Position numbers and translations under genes: made by a program | Shown: piece after piece, positions 6,851 to 13,754 of the stretch | How the letters are laid out: every line of letters starts with the position of its first letter | Position numbering within the stretch: the stretch's first letter is position 1 | Assembly (NCBI GenBank): GCA_014730075.1 | Contig: WJIX01000177.1 | Location: 1 to 13,754 of the forward strand | DNA: 13,754 nt | Reading direction: 5' to 3' | DNA from: a bacterium | GTDB lineage: Bacteria; Krumholzibacteriota; Krumholzibacteriia; Krumholzibacteriales; WJIX01 | Notes under the pieces: generated by a model | Told to the model about the DNA's origin: nothing | What the model saw: only the letters and a program-made list of their open reading frames with translations | Database searches by the model: none

Positions 6851-8044
6851 ATGGGGATATATCCCGCCCTGGCTACTGTTTTTATTCCCCTGTTGCTGCT
6901 AATTATTCCATCCGGACTGCCGAAGGTGATATTCTCCCGTCTTAGAGATTTTTCCTCCCTGGTATATAAAAGGCGATACCTTAGCATTCTGATACCGGTC
7001 CTGGCTGCTATCCTGTTTTTTGCCTTCCGTAATGAATTCCTGAATTATGACGGACGTACCCTGGCTTCCAAGTTCACCAGGGATATCCCTTCACATGGAG
7101 CTCATGTGACCCATGACGAGATGTGGGAGCTGTGCATACATTCATGGTTCTGGTACTACACCAATCTGCTTTTTGGATGGAGTGTAAAGTTATCATACCA
7201 GGTGATTTCATCACTGGCCGGCGGGGTGTTCGTTTATCTCCTGGCCCGGTATACCCGGATCCTGTTCAGGAAAGATTTTCTCCCTGTTCTTCTGCTGGTT
7301 CTCTGTGGCGGGTACGCGCAGCTGTTCTTCGGGGATGTGGAGAACTATACCCTTACCGCTGTACTGATAATGGGGTATATGCTCTCCTCACTGCTGTACA
7401 TTAAGGAAAGAACCTCCATAATGCTTCCCTCAGCCCTCTTTGCCATTGCGGTGACCTTTCACCTTCTCAGCTTTTTCCTTTTGCCCTCGCTTATTTATCT
7501 CGCCTTCCTCTCATTCAGAAGGGGAGAAAAAGTGGCGGTTCTGGTGTCCGCGCTGGCAAGCTGCGCCATTATGGTATTGACTCTTCTTTTCTTTGACTGG
7601 TATTGCCTGCCCCTGAAGCAGCTATGGTATCAGAGCCACGCCTTAGGACATGGCGGTCATATAAGAATGATGCTTACCAGGCCTTCATGGGGCTATTTTC
7701 TGGGACTGTTCAATCTTTCCATGCTCCTGGCACCGGCCTGGTTACTGCTGATACCCCTGCTGTTGAAAAGAAGGATCCAGCTGGATGGAATTAATATGCA
7801 CCTGTTGCTGGCATCCTGCTCAATGGCGGTTTTCTTCCTGGGATGGAGGGCAACCTTGGGGGTATACGAAGACTGGAACCTCTACGCCAACGCTGCCATT
7901 CCGCTCCAGTTGCTCATATTTCGAAATCTCTTCCAGGTTGCCCGAGAGGGGAAGGCGGAATATGTGGTCCTGATGCCCGCCTGGCTGTTCTTCCTGAATT
8001 CATATTCCTGGATCATTTCCAATCATTTTTACCAGGCAGGCTGA
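6851..8044 (+). CDS. Polytopic integral membrane protein of about 12 TM segments. Its extracytoplasmic loop carries a HDEMWE acidic motif. Possibly a GT-C-like or polymerase-like enzyme.
   Basis: Hydrophobic segments run throughout the 397 aa. The loop SKFTRDIPSHGAHVTHDEMWELCIHSWFWYY lies between TM2 and TM3. There is no SD before ATG 6851, and no promoter or terminator was found between it and the SPFH gene. Confidence 0.55.
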   Translation: MGIYPALATVFIPLLLLIIPSGLPKVIFSRLRDFSSLVYKRRYLSILIPVLAAILFFAFRNEFLNYDGRTLASKFTRDIPSHGAHVTHDEMWELCIHSWFWYYTNLLFGWSVKLSYQVISSLAGGVFVYLLARYTRILFRKDFLPVLLLVLCGGYAQLFFGDVENYTLTAVLIMGYMLSSLLYIKERTSIMLPSALFAIAVTFHLLSFFLLPSLIYLAFLSFRRGEKVAVLVSALASCAIMVLTLLFFDWYCLPLKQLWYQSHALGHGGHIRMMLTRPSWGYFLGLFNLSMLLAPAWLLLIPLLLKRRIQLDGINMHLLLASCSMAVFFLGWRATLGVYEDWNLYANAAIPLQLLIFRNLFQVAREGKAEYVVLMPAWLFFLNSYSWIISNHFYQAG

Positions 8045-8080
8045 GTCTGAGAAGGAGATGCGCAAGCCGGGGGAAGCGTT

Positions 8081-9742
8081 TCAATTGATTTCCAGATCCT
8101 GGGGCCTGAACGCTATCCAGCCGGTAGGCCTCCTCTTTGATGCCCAGGGTATGGCGGTGCATGATTCTTCCAGATCCACCGGAGAGAGATCGAGGAATAT
8201 TTCAAGTATCCTGGAGTGATCGATAATAATATCGATTTCTTCTTTTTCGGCATAACCGATCAGGTCCTGTTCCTTGAGTGCCTTTAATGCTTCACGGTTG
8301 ACCTTACCGTCAAGATTGATGACCTGGCATTTGGAAAAATACCCGATGGTGCCGCACTGGAGAACGCCCACGGTCTCACCCCTTTCCACATTACTGTCCA
8401 CCCACTTTGCTATATCATAGAATGGATAGACCGGGAAGGACCTGAATGACTGCGACCATGAGAAATACAGAAATGCAGAGGCATATACCACTGCCGCCGA
8501 GGCTGTTATCACGCGAAGCGCCTTCGATCGCCTCCGGTACCAGTCGAACAGATCCTGGAGCATAAAAGCGAAGATTATCGAACCTGTGAAGTACAGCGGG
8601 AAATAGTAACGTACGAAGAAGTAGGAGCCGAATATGTAGGATGAATAGGATAAGAGCATAAGTCCACCGAACAGAAGCAGGAAACCTGTCTGAAGGCGGT
8701 TGGACCTGGAGCTGTCTTTTTTCCACCGGAACATGGATGACCCCGCGACGCCAATGAGCAGTAGACCGGTGATATTCGAAATGGTGTTGAACAGTGTTTG
8801 CGACTGGGTTGCAGATCCCGCCTTTTCAATGGAATGAAATATCACGTGGACCGGAGGAATCGCTTTCATTGTTTTCAGGGAATGAATCAGGTGACTCCAG
8901 ATGAAAGCGATATCTGGCCCGCTGGATGCGAGGCTGCCGGAACCGTTATGGAAGTAGGGGGCATAGGCAAGTGAAAGGTATCGCGTGGCGGAGCCGCTGT
9001 CCTGGAGAGCGTTTCCGCTCTCGATAATGTTAAACAGCAGCCAGGGGCCGTAGATCAGCAGAATGCCGGCCGGGACAAGAAGAACCGGAAGCGCTTCTCC
9101 GGCTGACGCCTTTCTTCTTCTGAGAATAAAGAGATAATCCAGGAGTATTGCCAGGACCAGCAGGATTCCGTCGATCCTCGATAGCACCGCTGTTCCCAGC
9201 AGCAGCCCCAGAACAAGAAGGGATGACGCTGATTGTTTTTCTGCGGGGCGGACCCGTTCCAGGTAATAGTATGCGCAGGAGGCGATAACCATGGTGGCGA
9301 AAGCCGTTTCCAGGCCGTTGGCGCTCTGTCTGGTTACAATGGGGGATAGAGACCAGATCAGGGCTGCGAGAAGAGAGGCTGCGAAACCCACGTATCTTCT
9401 GGCTATCCGGTATATCAGATAGGTGGTCAGGCAGGTAGATAAAGCCAGAAAGGCCAGTGCTATATATATCGGCAGGACCGGGCTGCTTCCGGAAAAGAAG
9501 AATATCGGCACCAGTATGAAGACATAGAGCGGCTGGAAACCAGTGGTGGAATGAATGCCGTCGAAGGTCATTCCATCTCCCTGGGCTATATTCCTGGCTA
9601 TTTGAAAGGCATAGAAACTGTCATCGTAAAGAAAACCGTTCCTTGCAAGGACCTCGAAGTCCTGAAAGGCGACACCGGCATGAAACACCAGTGATACCGC
9701 TATCACCAGGAGGATCAGAAGAGCCTGTGATCTATTCCCCAT
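8081..9742 (-). CDS. GT-C superfamily glycosyltransferase, ArnT/PMT-like (GT39/GT83-type), 553 aa.
   Basis: TM1, then a first periplasmic loop with the acidic motif LYDDSFYAFQIARNIAQGDGMTFDG, then about 11 TMs and a C-terminal soluble domain of roughly 150 aa. This topology and motif are characteristic of polyprenyl-phosphate-sugar-dependent GT-C enzymes. Confidence 0.6.
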   Translation of the reverse strand: MGNRSQALLILLVIAVSLVFHAGVAFQDFEVLARNGFLYDDSFYAFQIARNIAQGDGMTFDGIHSTTGFQPLYVFILVPIFFFSGSSPVLPIYIALAFLALSTCLTTYLIYRIARRYVGFAASLLAALIWSLSPIVTRQSANGLETAFATMVIASCAYYYLERVRPAEKQSASSLLVLGLLLGTAVLSRIDGILLVLAILLDYLFILRRRKASAGEALPVLLVPAGILLIYGPWLLFNIIESGNALQDSGSATRYLSLAYAPYFHNGSGSLASSGPDIAFIWSHLIHSLKTMKAIPPVHVIFHSIEKAGSATQSQTLFNTISNITGLLLIGVAGSSMFRWKKDSSRSNRLQTGFLLLFGGLMLLSYSSYIFGSYFFVRYYFPLYFTGSIIFAFMLQDLFDWYRRRSKALRVITASAAVVYASAFLYFSWSQSFRSFPVYPFYDIAKWVDSNVERGETVGVLQCGTIGYFSKCQVINLDGKVNREALKALKEQDLIGYAEKEEIDIIIDHSRILEIFLDLSPVDLEESCTAIPWASKRRPTGWIAFRPQDLEIN

Positions 9743-9816
9743 ATCAGTGTTGTGCAGTAGCAGTTAAGCTGCAGTACGCTCCTTCTCTTTTCAGTTAATA
9801 TGCAACCAGCTTTTCC

Positions 9817-9845
9817 ATTATACACTAAACGGGCGGTTTTTTCAA
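9817..9845 (-). promoter_or_regulatory. Sigma70-type promoter TTGAAA-N17-TATAAT for the GT-C gene.
   Basis: Plus 9817..9822 is attata. 17-nt spacer. Plus 9840..9845 is tttcaa. About 68 nt of leader before ATG 9742. An in-frame TAA lies 8 codons upstream, so the start is fixed. Confidence 0.5.
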
Positions 9846-9912
9846 CCATGCTGATAGCCGGTTTAAGATCTGTCGGCCAGATGTTCCGGAGCCAGGGATT
9901 CTTCTTTTTCCT

Positions 9913-9952
9913 CTGGAGCTGCAACTCCAGCGGTGATATGCTCCAGGTGGAG
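9913..9952. promoter_or_regulatory. Two dyad elements upstream of the transglutaminase-like gene: CTGGAG-ctgcaa-CTCCAG (9913..9930) and CTCCAggTGGAG (9941..9952).
   Basis: Exact 6-bp inverted repeat with a 6-nt spacer, followed 10 bp later by a 5+5 palindrome that shares the CTCCAG/TGGAG half-site. No convincing sigma70 -35/-10 was found for this gene. Confidence 0.3.
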
Positions 9953-9993
9953 TATTCCTGCTTCCTGTAAATAACGGAAAGGAGTATACTGTA

Positions 9994-11274
9994 ATGAGGA
10001 TTTTTACGGCGGTTACAATCTCATTATTAATTCTCTTCCCGCCTATGATGTGGGGCCAGGAGGATTCTCAGGTACCAGAGTATTTTAAGGACCTTCCCCG
10101 CGGAATAAGCATAAAGAGATCGTTTTTTATTTCCGGTGAGAGGGTAACTCCGATATCAGAAAAACTGGGCGCCGGTATAGATAAGATATCAAATACAGTC
10201 TTTGAGGCTTACGGAAGGCCAATCCAGATAAATATTATCTACACTCCTTCCGAAACTGACGCAGAGAAAGCCTATCTGATGCTCCTGAAAGTCCACGGGG
10301 GGGATACCACCTACTGTTTCAGGGAAGGAAATAATGTTTTCGAATTTGCCAAGGCGGGGCCGGCGCTGGTCAGGCGGGTTTCCGCCGCTTTCGGACTGAA
10401 CGGGGTCAGGCTGCCCGGGAGCATCCATTATCGAATTACCGCGGGAATAGCGCTGCTGGAGGAGCCTTCCTACATGACAGTAAACAGGACGATTAATCTC
10501 TTTGCCCGGGCTGGAAAAAGCATCCCTGAGGAGGAAGCCGAAGAAGAGATCAGGGAGCTCTGTGCTGAATACGGTTTCGGCAACTCCCTGCTTCTTCGTA
10601 AACCAGGGATCGGCGGTACAAGTTCCAGTTACCGGTTCGCCCCCGGCAAGGCTGACAGCCAGGTACTGGAGGGTGGATGCGTGGTAGAGTATACATTCGA
10701 AAGCAGCAGTAAGCGCTTCGGGGTTCCCTATATAACGGTTTCCATGGATATCACCACTGAAAATCTGGCCTTTATCACGGATAGCCGGGAGGGCAGTTCT
10801 ATTCCATCAGGTCCCACTGAATTCTGGCCCGCAGACGACCCCGGAATAATGGAACTTGCCAGCAGGATAACAGCCGGCTCCACCGGGAATGAAGAGAAGG
10901 TTGAGTCGATACTGGAGTGGTTAAAGCCGGGAGTGAACATAGATTTCGGTGCGCGGAAGGGAACCAGGTGGGGGGTAAGGAATGTTCTTGAGAACAGGAG
11001 GGGAAGATGCCTCGATTTCGCAGATCTCTTCATCACCCTTTGCAGGGCCGTTGATATACCCGCAAGGCTGGTGGGGGGATGGGTATATGAGTCGTCCGGG
11101 CATGCCTGGGCTGAGGTTATGGTGGATGAAAGAGGCTGGAAGCAGGTCGATCCCAGCACCGGGAGTATGGACAGCGTAGGCGCATATTATATTCCATATT
11201 TCACTTCGGAAACGGGCAGAATGCCCATACTGTACACCCACCTCCCGGAGATAGAAATAATAGACAGGGATTAA
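9994..11274 (+). CDS. Secreted transglutaminase-like (papain-fold Cys-His-Asp) domain protein, 426 aa.
   Basis: Signal peptide MRIFTAVTISLLILFPPMMWG. The C-terminal transglutaminase core has catalytic C in GRCLDFADLFITLCRAVDIPARLVGGW, H in GHAWAEV and D in WKQVDPS. SD GAAAGGAG lies 9 nt before the ATG. Confidence 0.85.
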   Translation: MRIFTAVTISLLILFPPMMWGQEDSQVPEYFKDLPRGISIKRSFFISGERVTPISEKLGAGIDKISNTVFEAYGRPIQINIIYTPSETDAEKAYLMLLKVHGGDTTYCFREGNNVFEFAKAGPALVRRVSAAFGLNGVRLPGSIHYRITAGIALLEEPSYMTVNRTINLFARAGKSIPEEEAEEEIRELCAEYGFGNSLLLRKPGIGGTSSSYRFAPGKADSQVLEGGCVVEYTFESSSKRFGVPYITVSMDITTENLAFITDSREGSSIPSGPTEFWPADDPGIMELASRITAGSTGNEEKVESILEWLKPGVNIDFGARKGTRWGVRNVLENRRGRCLDFADLFITLCRAVDIPARLVGGWVYESSGHAWAEVMVDERGWKQVDPSTGSMDSVGAYYIPYFTSETGRMPILYTHLPEIEIIDRD

Positions 11275-11312
11275 TGGATCCGGCCGGTTTATTTGTGGGG
11301 CGGCGATCATCT

Positions 11313-13337
11313 TCAGCCAGCTCTGATTTCGACCTCCCTGCTGCCGCCCGGTTTCAGCAGTATGAATGGGACCGGGTCATTGAGCCGGTAACGGGGCTCT
11401 ATTCCCGCCGGAGACTGGGCCTTCAGGGAACGGTCCCAGTGGTATTCCAGGAGAATCTCTTCCGGGACTTTGATTCCCGGGGGAAAGGAAACTTTGATCA
11501 GGTTATACCGTGAAGTGGTTATGATATCCCTGCTGTAATCAGATCTTTCTCGGAGGGTGAACTTACCGGACGACCATACTGTTTTCAGGCCGGAAAACTC
11601 CCTGAAGTACGATTCGGTCGTTGCAGAAGAGGTGAGGATCCACCGGATATTATAAGCCTGGAAATACTCCCGCATCTTTCCTGGATCTATATCTGTCAGA
11701 ACGGATCCCATGGTCCTGTCCGCCGTGAAATTGGTGAATACGTGCTTCATGAAGAGGTGGGGATAGGGCCCTCCTATCTGCTCCACCCCGGTGTAAAGCG
11801 GTATCATGGAGGAGAGATAGCAGAAACCGTACTCTACCGGGAGGCCGTCCTCGAACATCAGCCGGCCCCTCGGCCCGGTATGTTCGCGGAGAGCTTCTAT
11901 CAGGGCCGTGGATTCAGGGGTGTGACTGGTGGACAGGGTATAGCGGTAGTATTCACGGGCAGAAATTGCGCCCAGCAGAGGCATCAGTATCAGCGGCAGC
12001 GCCACGGCTGCGGTTTGCAGCAATCCCCGTAATCTAACCGCTCTGATAATACTTTCCAGCGCTCTTATTACCATCTCGATACCCGGCCCGGAGAGGGGGG
12101 CGGCAAAGATCAATGCCGGTACCAGGAACCTCCCCGGTTCCATCTGGTCGAACAGCGGCATCCCGGTACCCCGGGAGGTGAGAATAAACAGGAATGCCGA
12201 ACCGGCAGCGGGCCCTGCCGCCGCTGATAATCGGCTGTTTTGGGCGAGCCTTATCAAGCCGGCGGCGGATAGCAGCAGCAGGAAAAGAGCGGGGAGATTG
12301 CCAGGTTTGATTACCAGCCTGGATAGCTCTCCCATCCCCTTTATCTGAAAAAAGGTCTCAGACGGGATCTTCATATCCAGATACCTGAGAAGCGGGAGCA
12401 GCCAAATCGCGTTTGCTGCCAGTACCAGCAGGCACCACCCCGCGAAGATCAGCGACATTTTCCCTATCCATCTCCTGTCTCTGCCGAGCCCTGTTCTCAG
12501 ATCCGCCAGGAATGTCGCGATAAATGGTATGGGCAGTAGCACCGCGGCAGTGGGGTGCAGGAAGAAGACAAGGGGGCCAATTATGAAGAATTTCCACCAG
12601 GATTTTCCCCCCAGGAATGAACGGAATAATGAGGCTATGTAGAGCGACAGATGAGAGACGGTAAGAAAGGCGAACATCCCGGCATATCGGAAAGCCCCCG
12701 CGTAAGGTCTTCCCCAGTGCCAGAAAATAAGGATAGCAAGCAGGGCGTAAACCGACTCTTCGATGCCGTAACCGAACCTCCGGCAGGAACGGTAAAATGT
12801 GAGCGCCAGGAGCAGGTACCCCAGAAAGATGAATACCTTGTAGGCCCTGGCGGTCCCGATGAACTGAAGAAGGGCGCACCAGAGCTCAACTCCCTTGCTG
12901 TCTATATCGAAGATAGTGCCTCCCGGGTATCCCGCCATGAAGTATGGGTCGTAGCAGTAAAGTTTACCGGTCCGGGGAAATATCTGGCTTCCCCTCTCCA
13001 CCTGGTAGTAATGGATGGCGTGGTCGAGGGTAACCACGGGGCGGCTGTTGGCCAGGTCCCCGGGCGGGAAAAAGAAAAGAGTGGCGATGATATGGAAGGA
13101 TACGATAATTACCAGGAGCGGTTTCTCGGATTGCCCGGATATCCCTTCTTTCCGTATCAGCCTGGCCAGGGTTGGTAGCAGGAAAATAAATGCCGAGGCA
13201 AGCAGTACCAGAGAGGGGAGTTTTATCCCATCCATCCCGAAAGATCTCAGTGTTGCCGCAGAACCAAGAAGGAAGGCGGCAGCCAGGAATATCTTGTCCC
13301 TGTTGCGCAGAATTGTTAACTCACCATCCTGAAACAA
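11313..13337 (-). CDS. Large polytopic membrane protein (674 aa), GT-C / YfhO-like. About 12 TMs plus a C-terminal extracytoplasmic domain of about 200 aa. Probable TTG start.
   Basis: The start codon at 13337..13335 is TTG (the track shows it as M). The first large loop carries DHAIHYYQ...YCYDPYFMAGYPGG. The C-terminal domain is hydrophilic. The family assignment is from memory of motifs only. Confidence 0.65.
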   Translation of the reverse strand: MFQDGELTILRNRDKIFLAAAFLLGSAATLRSFGMDGIKLPSLVLLASAFIFLLPTLARLIRKEGISGQSEKPLLVIIVSFHIIATLFFFPPGDLANSRPVVTLDHAIHYYQVERGSQIFPRTGKLYCYDPYFMAGYPGGTIFDIDSKGVELWCALLQFIGTARAYKVFIFLGYLLLALTFYRSCRRFGYGIEESVYALLAILIFWHWGRPYAGAFRYAGMFAFLTVSHLSLYIASLFRSFLGGKSWWKFFIIGPLVFFLHPTAAVLLPIPFIATFLADLRTGLGRDRRWIGKMSLIFAGWCLLVLAANAIWLLPLLRYLDMKIPSETFFQIKGMGELSRLVIKPGNLPALFLLLLSAAGLIRLAQNSRLSAAAGPAAGSAFLFILTSRGTGMPLFDQMEPGRFLVPALIFAAPLSGPGIEMVIRALESIIRAVRLRGLLQTAAVALPLILMPLLGAISAREYYRYTLSTSHTPESTALIEALREHTGPRGRLMFEDGLPVEYGFCYLSSMIPLYTGVEQIGGPYPHLFMKHVFTNFTADRTMGSVLTDIDPGKMREYFQAYNIRWILTSSATTESYFREFSGLKTVWSSGKFTLRERSDYSRDIITTSRYNLIKVSFPPGIKVPEEILLEYHWDRSLKAQSPAGIEPRYRLNDPVPFILLKPGGSREVEIRAG

Positions 13338-13432
13338 ATCATTCTTTAACCGGTATGGAACCTTCAGGCCGGGATGGAGTGGAAGGAATGCTCCGGCCCG
13401 GGTATCTTTATCCGGCTCAGACTGTTATCTTG

Positions 13433-13461
13433 TTGACAGAGTTTCTGTTCAGTCTTATTAT
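13433..13461 (+). promoter_or_regulatory. Sigma70-type promoter TTGACA-N17-TATTAT for the partial secreted-protein gene.
   Basis: TTGACA at 13433..13438, TATTAT at 13456..13461. About 45 nt of leader. GGGGG SD lies 6 nt before ATG 13509. Confidence 0.5.
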
Positions 13462-13508
13462 AGCAGACAGTAACGATCCTATAAACTCTTTTCAACCAGG
13501 GGGCGGAA

Positions 13509-13754
13509 ATGAAATCCAGCAGGATTGCCGTGGCAATTTCTTCTATTATCCTCTTTTCTGTTCTGATACCCGGGCAGCTCTTCGCCGAATGGGTCAAGGT
13601 GGCTCCGGACAGCCTGACCGATGTGGACAAGGACCCTCCGGGAGATATGTCCTGCTGGCTTGCCACCGCTTCGAATATGCTGGCCGGGGCAGGATACGGC
13701 GACGGAATTACCTTTCAGGAAAGAGCGGAAGATATCTATGACGAACTCATGGAC
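13509..13754 (+). CDS. Secreted protein, N-terminal 82 codons (partial, runs off the window end). Possible papain-like cysteine peptidase.
   Basis: MKSSRIAVAISSIILFSVLIPGQLFA signal, then ...DPPGDMSCWLATASNMLAGAGYG, which resembles the SCWAF catalytic-Cys block of papain-fold peptidases. The track missed it because it has no stop in the window, and its 13190..13741 ORF is in another frame. Confidence 0.55.
   Translation, partial: MKSSRIAVAISSIILFSVLIPGQLFAEWVKVAPDSLTDVDKDPPGDMSCWLATASNMLAGAGYGDGITFQERAEDIYDELMD

Noticed and set aside
8045-8080. Possible bidirectional terminators in the convergent gaps 8045..8080 and 11275..11312 (CCGGCCGG-TTTATTT)
   Set aside because: Only stems of 3-4 bp or zero-loop palindromes could be drawn by eye. 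This would need an RNA folding calculation, and none is convincing.
9913-9930. Sigma54 -24/-12 promoter reading of TGGAGCTGCAA
   Set aside because: The GG-to-GC spacing is about 6 nt rather than the required 10-11 nt.
9800-9970. 56-codon upstream ORF (MQPAFPLYTKRAV...FFFFLWSCNSS...) ending 23 nt before the transglutaminase-like start
   Set aside because: It has no SD and overlaps the minus-strand GT-C promoter. Its promoter would have to lie inside the GT-C coding region. The composition is odd, so it is probably fortuitous.
12651-13178. 175-aa plus-strand ORF and other antisense ORFs inside 11313..13337, and the 5501..6025 ORF antisense to SPFH
   Set aside because: They are low-complexity and lie in coding antisense of well-supported genes with strong membrane-protein and SPFH signatures.
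13190-13741. Track ORF of 183 aa on the plus strand
   Set aside because: It is out of frame with the signal-peptide ORF starting at 13509, which has a promoter and SD. Its 5' half lies antisense to the end of the 674-aa membrane protein gene.
1-13754. tRNA/rRNA/CRISPR/IS elements
   Set aside because: The intergenic spaces are 11-251 bp. None shows a tRNA-like GTTCnAnnC T-loop context, arrays of regularly spaced repeats, or terminal inverted repeats with a transposase ORF.

Overview
The window is a chromosomal segment of about 52% GC from a diderm bacterium, and 12 protein-coding genes fill almost all of it. I found no rRNA, tRNA, CRISPR array, IS element, integrase or clear intrinsic terminator. 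The genes split into two groups. Left arm, minus strand: a TonB-dependent receptor (TBDR) whose 5' part lies in the window (1..981, N-terminal carboxypeptidase-regulatory-like domain plus plug; the track missed it because it runs off the window edge); a small membrane-anchored CxxxxC...CxxC protein (1088..1513); a second complete TBDR (1630..3513); then a cupin / outer-membrane beta-barrel / MBL-fold hydrolase operon (3662..5489). Right arm: an SPFH/stomatin protein (5697..6686; the true start is an internal ATG behind a strong SD, not the track's 5550); a 12-TM membrane protein (6851..8044); an ArnT/PMT-like GT-C glycosyltransferase (8081..9742); a secreted transglutaminase-like protein (9994..11274); a 674-aa GT-C/YfhO-like membrane protein (11313..13337); and the 5' end of a further secreted protein with a papain-like SCW motif (13509..13754, partial, missed by the track). 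Several intergenic regions carry near-consensus sigma70-type promoters (TTGAAA/TTGACA-N17-TATAAT). One of them, upstream of the second TBDR, has a 20-bp-spaced CGTGCTAC direct repeat overlapping the core promoter, which looks like an operator. The most interesting higher-order signal is the right-hand cluster: three polytopic GT-C-like membrane proteins wrapped around secreted transglutaminase-like and cysteine-protease-like proteins. This could be an uncharacterised extracytoplasmic glycosylation or envelope-remodelling module, but that is inference from motifs and topology only. The CarboxypepD_reg-type TBDR suggests the FCB superphylum. The sigma70-like promoters and SD-led starts argue against Bacteroidia proper.
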